In this document: positions 36,015 to 44,564 of the stretch, one piece after another
How the letters are laid out: the number at the start of each line of letters is the position of its first letter
Numbering within the stretch: position 1 is the first letter of the stretch
NCBI GenBank assembly: GCA_045130815.1
Contig: JBGUQG010000143.1
Location: forward strand, 12,049-76,048
DNA length: 64,000 nucleotides
Origin: Christensenellales bacterium
GTDB lineage: Bacteria > Bacillota > Clostridia > Christensenellales > Aristaeellaceae
Direction of reading: 5' to 3'
Program-made: the position numbers and the translations under genes
The notes under the pieces: model-generated
What the model saw: the letters and a program-made list of their open reading frames with translations, nothing else
Database searches by the model: none
What the model was told of the DNA's origin: nothing

Positions 36015-36686
36015 ATGAACAAAAGGCTGTTTGGCCAGGCGGTCTCCAGGTTCGCCGCCGGCGTCGTTCTGCTGGGGCTTTTGCTGTTCCTGCCCGCGGG
36101 CACGCTGCGCTGGCGACAGGGCTGGCTCCTGATGGGCATATTGTTCATCCCGATGTTCGCCGCCGGACTGGTGATGCTGAAGAGGTCGCCGGCGCTGCTC
36201 AGAAAGCGCCTGAACGCCAAAGAGGAGCAGGGCGAGCAGAAGCGGGTGATCCTGCTGAGCGGGCTCATGTTCCTCGCCGCCTTCGCGGTGGCGGGGCTGA
36301 ACTTCCGCTTCCGCTGGATCGTGCTGCCGGAGGCGGTTTCCTGGATCGCCGCCGCCGTATTCCTGCTGGCCTATGCTCTGTACGCGGAGGTATTGCGTGA
36401 AAACGTCTGGCTGTCCCGCACCGTGGAGGTCCAGGAGAACCAACAGGTGGTGGACACCGGCCTGTACGGCGTCGTCCGCCACCCGATGTACATGAGCACG
36501 CTGCTGCTGTTTTTGTCCATGCCCCTGGTGCTGGGTTCCCCCATCTCCTTTGCGATCACCCTGGCCTACGTCCCCATCATCGCCCGCCGCATAAAAAACG
36601 AGGAGGCGGTGCTGGAGGCGGGGCTTAATGGGTACACTGAGTATAAGAAAAAGGTCAGGTGGAAGGTCATACCGTTTGTGTGGTAG
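36015..36686 (+). CDS. Isoprenylcysteine carboxyl methyltransferase (ICMT)/phospholipid methyltransferase-family membrane protein
   Basis: Multi-TM protein with the signature VVDTGLYGVVRHPMYMSTLLLF. Confidence 0.8.
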   Translation: MNKRLFGQAVSRFAAGVVLLGLLLFLPAGTLRWRQGWLLMGILFIPMFAAGLVMLKRSPALLRKRLNAKEEQGEQKRVILLSGLMFLAAFAVAGLNFRFRWIVLPEAVSWIAAAVFLLAYALYAEVLRENVWLSRTVEVQENQQVVDTGLYGVVRHPMYMSTLLLFLSMPLVLGSPISFAITLAYVPIIARRIKNEEAVLEAGLNGYTEYKKKVRWKVIPFVW

Positions 36687-36738
36687 AGGGTCGAAATACA
36701 GCGTCTTGCCCCCCCAAGGCGATCAAGCCGTTCTCCCC

Positions 36739-36799
36739 GCTGCGCCCTGTACCGGAAATGAAAAGTAAGCACGGGGACGGATACGCAAGAACCGTCCCC
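36739..36799. repeat. Left arm of imperfect inverted repeat flanking the radical-SAM gene (contains an 8-bp-stem hairpin)
   Basis: 36773-36799 is GGGGACGGATACGCAAGAACCGTCCCC. The reverse complement of 38017-38043 matches it at 26 of 27 positions. The adjoining 34 nt match at 26 of 34 positions without gaps. Confidence 0.8.
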
Positions 36800-36836
36800 G
36801 ATGGGTTTGGTTCTCTTTCGCTTTGCCGTTCTATCA

Positions 36837-37901
36837 TCATTTGGCTACAGCGTCAAGTATTATTGTTGGTATTCCAAGCATGGTCAATGCCCTGTAAAGA
36901 GCACTTGCCCTATCGCTGTATAGCAGGTCCTGCGGCAACTGATCAATAGCATGAACCAGTACTTCCTGGCGAGGCAGCAGATCCACCTCATAGAACGCAC
37001 CATAGTCCCGGTTCCCAGGCAATTCTGAAATACGTTTGGCTGTTTCCTGAATATCCAGTGTCCGCAGATTTCCGAGATGCTCTGTTTCCACGCCCGTGTT
37101 GCCAACAAAAAGGTCTCCGTTCTGGTGAACCGCCATATATAGCTCATCCTGTGGGCATTTGAATAATGGAACTATATCAAATCCTTGTTGGAGTTGATCC
37201 TTGAGCATACCGATCGTACAGATTTCCTTTGTCAATTCGTCTTCCTGTTGATGCCAACGAGCAAGCCAAGGACGAATCCGGTGAAGGGTATTCAGTGAAC
37301 CACGATAAGGTTCATAATCCGTCATATGGGCATGCGGTGTAAAGTTAGGGACTGCAAAATAGATATATGCGGGCTGTAGCTGTTGCAGCATCCCGTCGAT
37401 TTCTTCGGCATCCTCAGCAAAAAAACGGTTGAACATCAGAGATACTCCAACCTCCGCACCGCAGGATTTCATAAACTCAGCCGCTTCAATTGCAATTCTA
37501 AAAGCGCCTTCTCGCCGGACGATCTCATCGTGATGAGCAGCATTTCCGTGAATGGTTATACCGAAGTCACGGTATCCACAATCAAGATAAGCCTGCATCA
37601 CGCCATGACGGTCTTTCCTGCACATCAGTGCAATACCGCTCGTCATTCCGTGATGATAGTTTTTAATATATCTCGTGGTTTTGGCCTTACGAATAATGGA
37701 TGCAATATTCGGGTGATTCATCGGTTCATTATCCAGTGTAAAGCTGGCTTCAAACGGCAGAAGCTCCGCCAACGCGTCCAGCTTTTCTATGAACAAAAAA
37801 GCGTCCTCCAATTTCATCATGCTTCCAGGTCCACCATTGACATAGCAATGCTTGCAACGCGTGTTGCATCCGGAAACCAATATATCAAAATTGACAGTCA
37901 T
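36837..37901 (-). CDS. Radical SAM protein (no SPASM-type C-terminal Cys cluster), function unknown
   Basis: CX3CX2C motif GCNTRCKHC near the N-terminus. GGAGGT RBS 5-6 nt upstream of the ATG at 37901. GC is noticeably lower than in flanking genes. Confidence 0.8.
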   Translation of the reverse strand: MTVNFDILVSGCNTRCKHCYVNGGPGSMMKLEDAFLFIEKLDALAELLPFEASFTLDNEPMNHPNIASIIRKAKTTRYIKNYHHGMTSGIALMCRKDRHGVMQAYLDCGYRDFGITIHGNAAHHDEIVRREGAFRIAIEAAEFMKSCGAEVGVSLMFNRFFAEDAEEIDGMLQQLQPAYIYFAVPNFTPHAHMTDYEPYRGSLNTLHRIRPWLARWHQQEDELTKEICTIGMLKDQLQQGFDIVPLFKCPQDELYMAVHQNGDLFVGNTGVETEHLGNLRTLDIQETAKRISELPGNRDYGAFYEVDLLPRQEVLVHAIDQLPQDLLYSDRASALYRALTMLGIPTIILDAVAK

Positions 37902-38016
37902 CTGAAACCTCCGCAAATTCCGAGTTATCGAGCCGAAGCTCCTAACCAGTATTCTACCATCTTTCCTTAATCTCCTGCAATCAAAGAGAGGTGAACTTGT
38001 GAACATGGGAGAACAT

Positions 38017-38077
38017 GGGGACGGTTCTTGTGTATCCGTCCCCATGTATACTTTTCCTGTCTGGCACAGGGCACAGC
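38017..38077. repeat. Right arm of imperfect inverted repeat flanking the radical-SAM gene
   Basis: See the left arm. In total 52 of 61 positions are identical in inverted orientation. Confidence 0.8.
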
Positions 38078-38119
38078 GGCACAAATCCCTTGAAAGTGAT
38101 TTCATTCCACGCGCGAGTA

Positions 38120-38128
38120 TGCTATAAT
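38120..38128 (+). promoter_or_regulatory. Extended -10 promoter box TGCTATAAT
   Basis: TATGCTATAAT lies 27 nt upstream of the ATG at 38155. Confidence 0.5.
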
Positions 38129-38154
38129 ATCGGACGAATGGAGGTCGATCACTG

Positions 38155-38721
38155 ATGAACATCACGGTATATCTCGGGGCCAGCGAGGGCCGCGATCCGG
38201 CGTTGAAGGCGGCCGTGCGGGCGCTGGGGGCCTGGATCGGCGGGGCGGGACACGCGCTGGTGTACGGCGGGTCGAAGTCCGGGCTGATGGGCGAGCTGGC
38301 CGAAAGCGTGCTGGCGGCGGGCGGCGAGGTGACGGGCGTGGAACCGCGCTTCTTCGTGGAGGCGGGTCTGGTCTACGACGCCATCACCCGGCTGATCGTG
38401 ACCGGGGATATGTCCGAGCGCAAGGCGAAGATGATCGGGCTGGGCGACGCCTTCATCGCCTTTCCCGGCGGCACCGGCACGCTGGAGGAGATCGCCGAGG
38501 TGATGAGCCAGATGTCCCTGGGACACCTGGACGCGCCCTGCGTGCTGTACAACCTGAACGGGTATTACGACCCGCTGAAGGCGCTGCTGGACCGCATGAT
38601 CGAAACGGGGCTTTCGACCCCGGAGAAGCAGGCGGGCATACGCTTCGCGGACAGCCTGGATGAGATCCGGGCGATCATAGAGCAAAGGGAGGCGGCAAGT
38701 CATGGCCACACACATCCTTGA
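38155..38721 (+). CDS. LOG-family (TIGR00730) nucleotide phosphoribohydrolase
   Basis: LVYGGSKSGLMG and PGGTGTLEEI motifs, 188 aa. Confidence 0.88.
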   Translation: MNITVYLGASEGRDPALKAAVRALGAWIGGAGHALVYGGSKSGLMGELAESVLAAGGEVTGVEPRFFVEAGLVYDAITRLIVTGDMSERKAKMIGLGDAFIAFPGGTGTLEEIAEVMSQMSLGHLDAPCVLYNLNGYYDPLKALLDRMIETGLSTPEKQAGIRFADSLDEIRAIIEQREAASHGHTHP

Positions 38722-39568
38722 AAACGAATTCCTCCGGGCAACCGTCGCCGACGCCGGCGCGGAGCTGGTCAGCGTGATCGACAAAACGCGGGACGCGGAG
38801 CGCATATGGACCGGCGACCCCGCCGTCTGGAACCGCCACGCGCCGATACTGTTCCCCTTCGTGGGGAAGGTCGTGGACGGGCGGTACCGGATCGGGGACA
38901 GCACCTATCCGATGCCCACCCAGCACGGCTTCGCCCGGGACATGGATTTCATCTGCACAGGCGCGACGGCGACCTCCGTCACCCACGCGCTGGAGGCCAC
39001 CGAGTGGACCCGGGAGCGCTATCCCTGGGACTTCCGGCTGACCGTGGCCCACCGGCTGGAGGGGCGGCGGCTGCACGTGACGTGGACGGTGGAGAACCGG
39101 GGCGACGGGCGGATGTTCTTTTCCATCGGCGGACACCCGGGCTTTTTGCTGCCGGAGGGCGTTCGGAAGGAGGACTGCTTCCTGCTGTTCCCCGGCGCGG
39201 AAGCGCTTTCCTACATCAGCGCCAGCCCCGCGGGCTACGCGCGGACGACGCCCAGGGTCCTGCCGCTTGCGGAGGGCCGGGCCCGCTATCAGGCGGACGT
39301 GCCGGACACCTGGATCTTCGAGGACGGCCAGGTGAAGTCGGTGGGCATCGCCACGCCCGACGGGCGGCCCTGGGTGCGCATGGACTGCGGGCAGTTCCCG
39401 ATGCTGGCGGTGTGGGCCAACCCGAAGGGGCCGTTCATCTGCCTGGAGCCCTGGTTCGGCCGGACCGACGACGAGGGCTTCGCCGGCGCCATCGACCAAA
39501 AGAAGGGCGTCCAGGTCCTGGAGGCCGGCGCGGCGCGGGAGATCGCCTATTCCATCGAATTCTGCTGA
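38702..39568 (+). CDS. Aldose 1-epimerase-family protein
   Basis: NRHAPILFPFVGKVVDGRY...PTQHGFARD pattern typical of LacX/YihR-like mutarotases. 20-nt overlap with the LOG gene. Confidence 0.8.
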   Translation: MATHILENEFLRATVADAGAELVSVIDKTRDAERIWTGDPAVWNRHAPILFPFVGKVVDGRYRIGDSTYPMPTQHGFARDMDFICTGATATSVTHALEATEWTRERYPWDFRLTVAHRLEGRRLHVTWTVENRGDGRMFFSIGGHPGFLLPEGVRKEDCFLLFPGAEALSYISASPAGYARTTPRVLPLAEGRARYQADVPDTWIFEDGQVKSVGIATPDGRPWVRMDCGQFPMLAVWANPKGPFICLEPWFGRTDDEGFAGAIDQKKGVQVLEAGAAREIAYSIEFC

Positions 39569-39582
39569 CGGAGGGCACGGCC

Positions 39583-41574
39583 ATGGACAAGCTGGTGTTT
39601 ACGGTCCGCGGGGCGGAGGGCGACTACCGGCCCGCCGGCGAAGCGGGGCTGCGCGCCGGGGTGTCGGCAGTCTCCGGCAGCGGCGCGGCGGACGACCCCC
39701 GGATGCTTCAGATTCACATTGAAAATGTGGGCGGCGCGCACTGGTCGGGCGTGCTGCGGCTGGGCTTGGCCTTTCAGGCGGACGACCCCCGCTTCTTCCT
39801 GCCGGGGTTCATCTACGGCACAAACCGGGGCGACGCGCCGCTGGTGGCGGACAGCCAAACGCCCCGGCTGCGGCCCGCCCCCACCGAATTCCCGGCCTCG
39901 CCCTGGTGGCTGACCCGGGCCGACCGGCTGTCCCACCCCGTGGCGCTGGCCTTCACCGGCAGCCGGGTGACGGGGCTGTGCGCCGCGCCTTACTTCGTGA
40001 AGCGGAACGGCGTCCGGCAGGCCTGGGCCCCCGGTGCGGCGGGCGAATTCGACCAGTACGCCGGCTTCGGCTGCGACCTGGACGCGCGGGAGGTCTATTA
40101 CACCCTGGGCTACGAGAACGCGCCCTGGTTCTTCTTGGATTCCCACCACGTCCGGCCCCGGGCGGCGCTGGGCGACAACGCCTTCCGGCTGGAGGCCGAA
40201 GAGGCCGCCAGCTTTGACGTGGCGGTGTTCGACTATCCCGCCGAAGACGCCCGGGCCATCGACGGCGCGATCCGCTGGGTATACCGCCGCTTCCACGAAG
40301 CGCCCCGGCGGGGCCTGCCCGCGTCGGCGGCGGTGGCCGACATCGCCCGGGCGGTGTCCGGCGATGCCTGGCTGGAGGAAAAACGCGCCTACGCCGGGTT
40401 CGTATTCGACCGGCAGCACGACAACGAGGTGCGGCTGCTGCCCTCGATCTCCTGGACCAACGGGCTGGCCGTGGCCGTGCCAATGCTGCAGGCCGCCCAC
40501 CGGCTGGGCGACGAAGCCATGCGAAGCCAGGCCCTGGCCTGCGTCGAGCACATCGTGCAGACCTCGACCAACCCGAAAAACGGGCTGCCCTTCACCGCCG
40601 AGGTGGACGGCGTCTGGGGCAACCGGGGCTGGTGGTACGACAAGCAGCCCACCCCCGGCCACGCGGCCTACCTGGTGGGCCAGGCGCTTTACTACGTGCT
40701 GAAGGCCTGGGACCTGGAAGGCAGGCGCGGTGCGGACCACCCGGGGTGGCTTTCCTGGGCGGAGGGGACGCTTCAGGTCACGGAGCGCTCCCGCAACGGC
40801 GACGGGGAATACCCCTACGTCTTCTCCGAGGAGACCGGCGCGGGGCTGTGCTACGACGCCATGTCCGGCGCGTGGTGCCTGGCCGCGGCGGCGTATCACG
40901 CGGCGCTGACCGGCAGGCGGGACGGCCTTGAAGCGCTGCTTGAAAGCGAGGCGCGCTATCACGCCGCCTACGTGGTCCCCATGGTCTGCTACGGCGGACC
41001 GCTGGACATCGACAAGCAGGTGGATTCCGAGGGCGTGCTGGCCTATATCCGCGCGGTGCGGTGGCTGCACGGGATCACCGGCGACGCGCGGCTGCTTTCC
41101 CACATGGGCGACGCGCTGGAATACGAGTTCACCTTCAAGTTCTGCTACAATTCCCCCATCCGGGTGCCGCCGCTGAGCCGGGTGGGCTGGAGCAGCTGCG
41201 GCGGCAGCATCACCTCGGTGACCAACCCCCACATCCACCCGATGTCCTCCGCCATCGTGGACGAGCTGTACTACTATGTGAAGAAGACCGGCGACGCCTA
41301 TGCGCGCGGCCGCCTGGAGGACACGCTGGCCTGGAGCCGCCAGGTATCCAGCCGGTTTGACGGCGAGTACGACTACGGCAAGCGGGGCTGGATGAGCGAG
41401 CGCTTCTGCCACTGCGAGGGCCTGCTGACCGAACATTACCCGGACGGCGCGCCCGCCAGCACCTGGTTCGCGCTGATGCCCTGGGCCTGCGGCTGCATAC
41501 TGGAGGGCCTGTGCGGTTCGGCCTGGGATGCCTGTCACGATACAACGACCAATCACAAGGAGGATGCGCCATGA
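39583..41574 (+). CDS. Hypothetical 663-aa protein, probably a carbohydrate-active (alpha/alpha-barrel-like) enzyme
   Basis: GGAGGG RBS. Trp/Tyr/Gly-rich soluble protein. Translationally coupled (ATGA) to the GH127 gene. No family motif recognised. Confidence 0.6.
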   Translation: MDKLVFTVRGAEGDYRPAGEAGLRAGVSAVSGSGAADDPRMLQIHIENVGGAHWSGVLRLGLAFQADDPRFFLPGFIYGTNRGDAPLVADSQTPRLRPAPTEFPASPWWLTRADRLSHPVALAFTGSRVTGLCAAPYFVKRNGVRQAWAPGAAGEFDQYAGFGCDLDAREVYYTLGYENAPWFFLDSHHVRPRAALGDNAFRLEAEEAASFDVAVFDYPAEDARAIDGAIRWVYRRFHEAPRRGLPASAAVADIARAVSGDAWLEEKRAYAGFVFDRQHDNEVRLLPSISWTNGLAVAVPMLQAAHRLGDEAMRSQALACVEHIVQTSTNPKNGLPFTAEVDGVWGNRGWWYDKQPTPGHAAYLVGQALYYVLKAWDLEGRRGADHPGWLSWAEGTLQVTERSRNGDGEYPYVFSEETGAGLCYDAMSGAWCLAAAAYHAALTGRRDGLEALLESEARYHAAYVVPMVCYGGPLDIDKQVDSEGVLAYIRAVRWLHGITGDARLLSHMGDALEYEFTFKFCYNSPIRVPPLSRVGWSSCGGSITSVTNPHIHPMSSAIVDELYYYVKKTGDAYARGRLEDTLAWSRQVSSRFDGEYDYGKRGWMSERFCHCEGLLTEHYPDGAPASTWFALMPWACGCILEGLCGSAWDACHDTTTNHKEDAP

Positions 41575-43415
41575 TCGGATTGAAGGGCACGCAGGTGAGG
41601 CTCCTGGACGACGAGCTGCTGCGCCGGGAGCGGGACAACCGCGGCTACATGCTGCGCCTGACCCGGGAAAACCTGATGCGGAACTACCTGCTGGAGGCCG
41701 GCCTGTACAACGACACGGACCTGGACACCACCATCCACGGCGGCTGGGAGTCGCCCACCTGCGCGCTGCGGGGCCACTTCACCGGCCACTACCTGAGCGC
41801 CTGCGCCATGATCTGGGAGGAGACCGGCGACCCGGAGATCCTGGGCAGGGCGCTGGCCATGGTGGACGATTTGGCCCGCTGCCAGCGGGAGCACGGAGAC
41901 GGCTGGGCCGGTTCGATCCCGGAGAAGTACCTGCACTGGATCGCCCGGGGCAAGGCGGTGTGGGCTCCCCACTACACGCTGCACAAGACGCTGATGGGCC
42001 TTGTGGACATGGCGAAGCTGGCCCACTGCCAGAAGGCGCTGGAGGTGGCGGACGCCTGGGGCGGGTGGTTCGACCAATGGACCGCCCAATTCTCCCGGGA
42101 GCAGATGGACGACATACTGGACGTGGAGACCGGCGGCATGCTGGAGATCTGGGCGGACATGCTGGAGCTGACGGGCAAGGAGCGCTACAGGCGGCTCATC
42201 GAGCGCTACACCCGCAACCGCCTGTTCGACGAGCTGCTGGCCGGGCGGGACCCGCTGACCAACATGCACGCCAACACCACCATTCCGGAGGTGCTGGGCT
42301 GCGCCCGGGCCTACGAGGTGACAGGCGAGGCGCGCTGGGCCGACATCGTAAAGGCCTACTGGAAGTGCGCCGTGACGGACCGGGGCAGCTTCGCCACCGG
42401 CGGGCAGACCAGCGGCGAGATCTGGACGCCCAAGGGCGACGTGTCCGCCCGGCTGGGCCGCAAGGACCAGGAGCACTGCACCGTGTACAACATGATCCGG
42501 CTGGCGGACGTGCTGCTGCGCTGGACCGGCGAGGCCCAATACGCAGACTACATCGAAAGGAACCTGTTCAACGGCATCATGGCCCAGGGCTACTGGCGCC
42601 ACCGCCCCACCAACGGCTTCTTCCCCACCCACCCCCTGACGGGCCTGGTGTCCTATTTCATGCCGCTGAAGGGCGGCGACACTAAGGGCTGGGGCACCGA
42701 GACCACCAACTTCTACTGCTGCCACGGCACGCTGGTGCAGGCCAACGCGGCCCACAACCGCTACATCTTCTACCAGGACGGCGAGGACATCTACGTGTGC
42801 CAGTTCTTCGACAGCGACGCCGATTTCACCGTGAACGGCCAGAAGGTGACCCTGCGGCTGCGCGTCGACCAGCAGAACGGAAGCTTCATGATGGGCAGCA
42901 GCTCCACCGCCCGCCAGCGCATCGGCGAGGTGACCTCGAAGGTGATCCACAACCCGGAGGACCTGCGGGTGGTGCTGGAGGTCAAGACGGACGGCCCCGC
43001 GAGATTCCGGCTGCACGTGCGCGTGCCGGAGTGGGCCGGGAAGGGCCCCGCCCACTTCATGGACGTGGAAAGGGACACCTGGAACGACGGCGACAGCTTC
43101 GTCCACGTGCTGCCCCGCCGCCTGCGCAGCGAAAAGATGGCCGGGGACCCCAGCCGCGTGGCCTTCCTGTACGGCCCGATCCTGCTGGCGGGCCTGACCG
43201 ACGCGGAGCAGGCCCTGCACGCGGACCCGGCCCGTCCCGAGAGCGCCCTCGCGCGGGTGAACGAGCGGGAATGGGGCTTCTGGACCCAGGAGTTCCTGAC
43301 TGTCACCGAGGAAAAGGAGATCCCCTTCATCCCACTGTACGACGTGGGCTACGAGCGCTACAGCGTCTACTTCCGCGTGCGCGCGGACGCCCCCGGGGAG
43401 GAGGCCTGGCTGTGA
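41571..43415 (+). CDS. GH127-family (DUF1680) beta-L-arabinofuranosidase-like glycoside hydrolase
   Basis: N-terminal LLDDELLRRERDNRGYMLRL...HGGWESPTCALRGHFTGHYLSA and later FYCCHGTL, characteristic of the DUF1680/GH127 family. Confidence 0.8.
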   Translation: MIGLKGTQVRLLDDELLRRERDNRGYMLRLTRENLMRNYLLEAGLYNDTDLDTTIHGGWESPTCALRGHFTGHYLSACAMIWEETGDPEILGRALAMVDDLARCQREHGDGWAGSIPEKYLHWIARGKAVWAPHYTLHKTLMGLVDMAKLAHCQKALEVADAWGGWFDQWTAQFSREQMDDILDVETGGMLEIWADMLELTGKERYRRLIERYTRNRLFDELLAGRDPLTNMHANTTIPEVLGCARAYEVTGEARWADIVKAYWKCAVTDRGSFATGGQTSGEIWTPKGDVSARLGRKDQEHCTVYNMIRLADVLLRWTGEAQYADYIERNLFNGIMAQGYWRHRPTNGFFPTHPLTGLVSYFMPLKGGDTKGWGTETTNFYCCHGTLVQANAAHNRYIFYQDGEDIYVCQFFDSDADFTVNGQKVTLRLRVDQQNGSFMMGSSSTARQRIGEVTSKVIHNPEDLRVVLEVKTDGPARFRLHVRVPEWAGKGPAHFMDVERDTWNDGDSFVHVLPRRLRSEKMAGDPSRVAFLYGPILLAGLTDAEQALHADPARPESALARVNEREWGFWTQEFLTVTEEKEIPFIPLYDVGYERYSVYFRVRADAPGEEAWL

Positions 43416-44314
43416 AAAGGCTGCTTTGCTGGCTGCTGGCGCTCATGCTGTGCGCGGCCCCCGCGCTGGCCTCGGACCAGACGCTGGCCCCGGACCGGGC
43501 GCTTTCCCGGCTCGGGCTGTACCGCCACGGCGAAATCATGTACGACAGCTACGACGTCGCCACGCACCGGGGCCGGCTCCGGCTGTCGGTGAACGGCGGG
43601 GATTTCCGGCCCGTCGACGACGGCGTGGGCGAGGCGCTGCTGGAGGTCATCGACAGGTATGACATGACCGCCTGGGACGGCTTCAGCGAATCCAACCCCT
43701 ACGTGCTGGACGGCGAGGGCTTCCGGGTGGAATTCGAGCTGACCGACGGCACCTCGGTGCTGGCCATCGGCGACAACGCCTTCCCGGACGGCTACTTTGA
43801 CGCCGTCGCCGAGCTCACGGACATACTGGAGACGGCGGCGAAGCCCGCCGGGGCGTCTTTGGGCGGCCTGCTGGACCTCCTCGCCGGCCTGTTCTCCGGC
43901 AGCCGGGAGCGGGTGGTGGGCACGGACATCGCCGATGGCGACATCCACGACTTCTACTACACCCGCGCCTCCTCCACCTTCCCGCCGGAGTACCAGCGCT
44001 ACCGCTTCTACGCGGAGGACGGGAAATACCTGTTCTTCCACGAGAAGCGGGAGGGCGAGGTCTTCCCGCTGACGGAGGAGCACGCCACCGTCACCGGCAC
44101 GGTGGAATTGACCGACGACCAGTGGGCCCGCTTCCTGGAAGGCATCGCCGGCGGCACGGTGAAGGCCCGGGAGGAGAACCTGGATGCCGGCGACGACGGC
44201 CCGTGGACGTACCTGTACTACGAGGGCGACCAGGGCGTGTACCAGGAATACCACTTCCCGGACTACGGCGCGCGGCTGGACTTCGAGGCCATGTGCGAAG
44301 CGCTGATCGAATGA
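43412..44314 (+). CDS. Secreted hypothetical protein
   Basis: GTG start overlapping the GH127 stop (GTGA). Signal peptide VKRLLCWLLALMLCAAPALASD. Confidence 0.6.
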   Translation: MKRLLCWLLALMLCAAPALASDQTLAPDRALSRLGLYRHGEIMYDSYDVATHRGRLRLSVNGGDFRPVDDGVGEALLEVIDRYDMTAWDGFSESNPYVLDGEGFRVEFELTDGTSVLAIGDNAFPDGYFDAVAELTDILETAAKPAGASLGGLLDLLAGLFSGSRERVVGTDIADGDIHDFYYTRASSTFPPEYQRYRFYAEDGKYLFFHEKREGEVFPLTEEHATVTGTVELTDDQWARFLEGIAGGTVKAREENLDAGDDGPWTYLYYEGDQGVYQEYHFPDYGARLDFEAMCEALIE

Positions 44315-44330
44315 AAAGGAAAATGAAGCG

Positions 44331-44506
44331 ATGAGGAAGGCTATGGTCCTGGCCCTGCTGCTGGCCCTGCTGGGCGCGGCCCTGGCCGAGGAGGCGGGCA
44401 GCGTCAGCGGGGACTACGGCTGCTGTACCCCTACGCCGAGGTCTGCGGCTAGATCAAGACCAGCTTCGACGCCATGTACCGCGCCCTCGAGGCCGCGGGG
44501 CAGTGA
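44331..44506 (+). pseudogene. Possible decayed remnant of a secreted-protein gene
   Basis: The signal-peptide-like start MRKAMVLALLLALLGAALAEEAG degenerates after about 30 codons. A different frame ends with a plausible C-terminus IKTSFDAMYRALEAAGQ* directly before a strong terminator. Confidence 0.3.
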
Positions 44507-44552
44507 AAAATGGCGGAAGCCGCGCTGGAACAAGCGCGGCTTCCGCCGTTTT
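44506..44552. terminator. Bidirectional rho-independent terminator
   Basis: AAAAA, 14-bp stem GGCGGAAGCCGCGC (44512-44525), 8-nt loop, stem GCGCGGCTTCCGCC (44534-44547), GTTTT. Confidence 0.85.
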
Positions 44553-44564
44553 GGGGTCTGTCCC

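Noticed and set aside
37902-38165. In-frame upstream extension of the radical-SAM ORF (track start at 38165), and the idea that it encodes a fused leader or precursor peptide
   Set aside because: A well-spaced GGAGGT RBS supports the ATG at 37901. The extension runs through the right inverted repeat and the LOG promoter and start region, and its sequence is not protein-like. No convincing separate short ORF with an RBS was found.
39547-43220. Long minus-strand ORFs (669 aa and 555 aa) opposite the unknown 663-aa gene and the GH127 gene
   Set aside because: These have the same GC-driven shadow-ORF signature. They lack RBS and start context and have no motif content.
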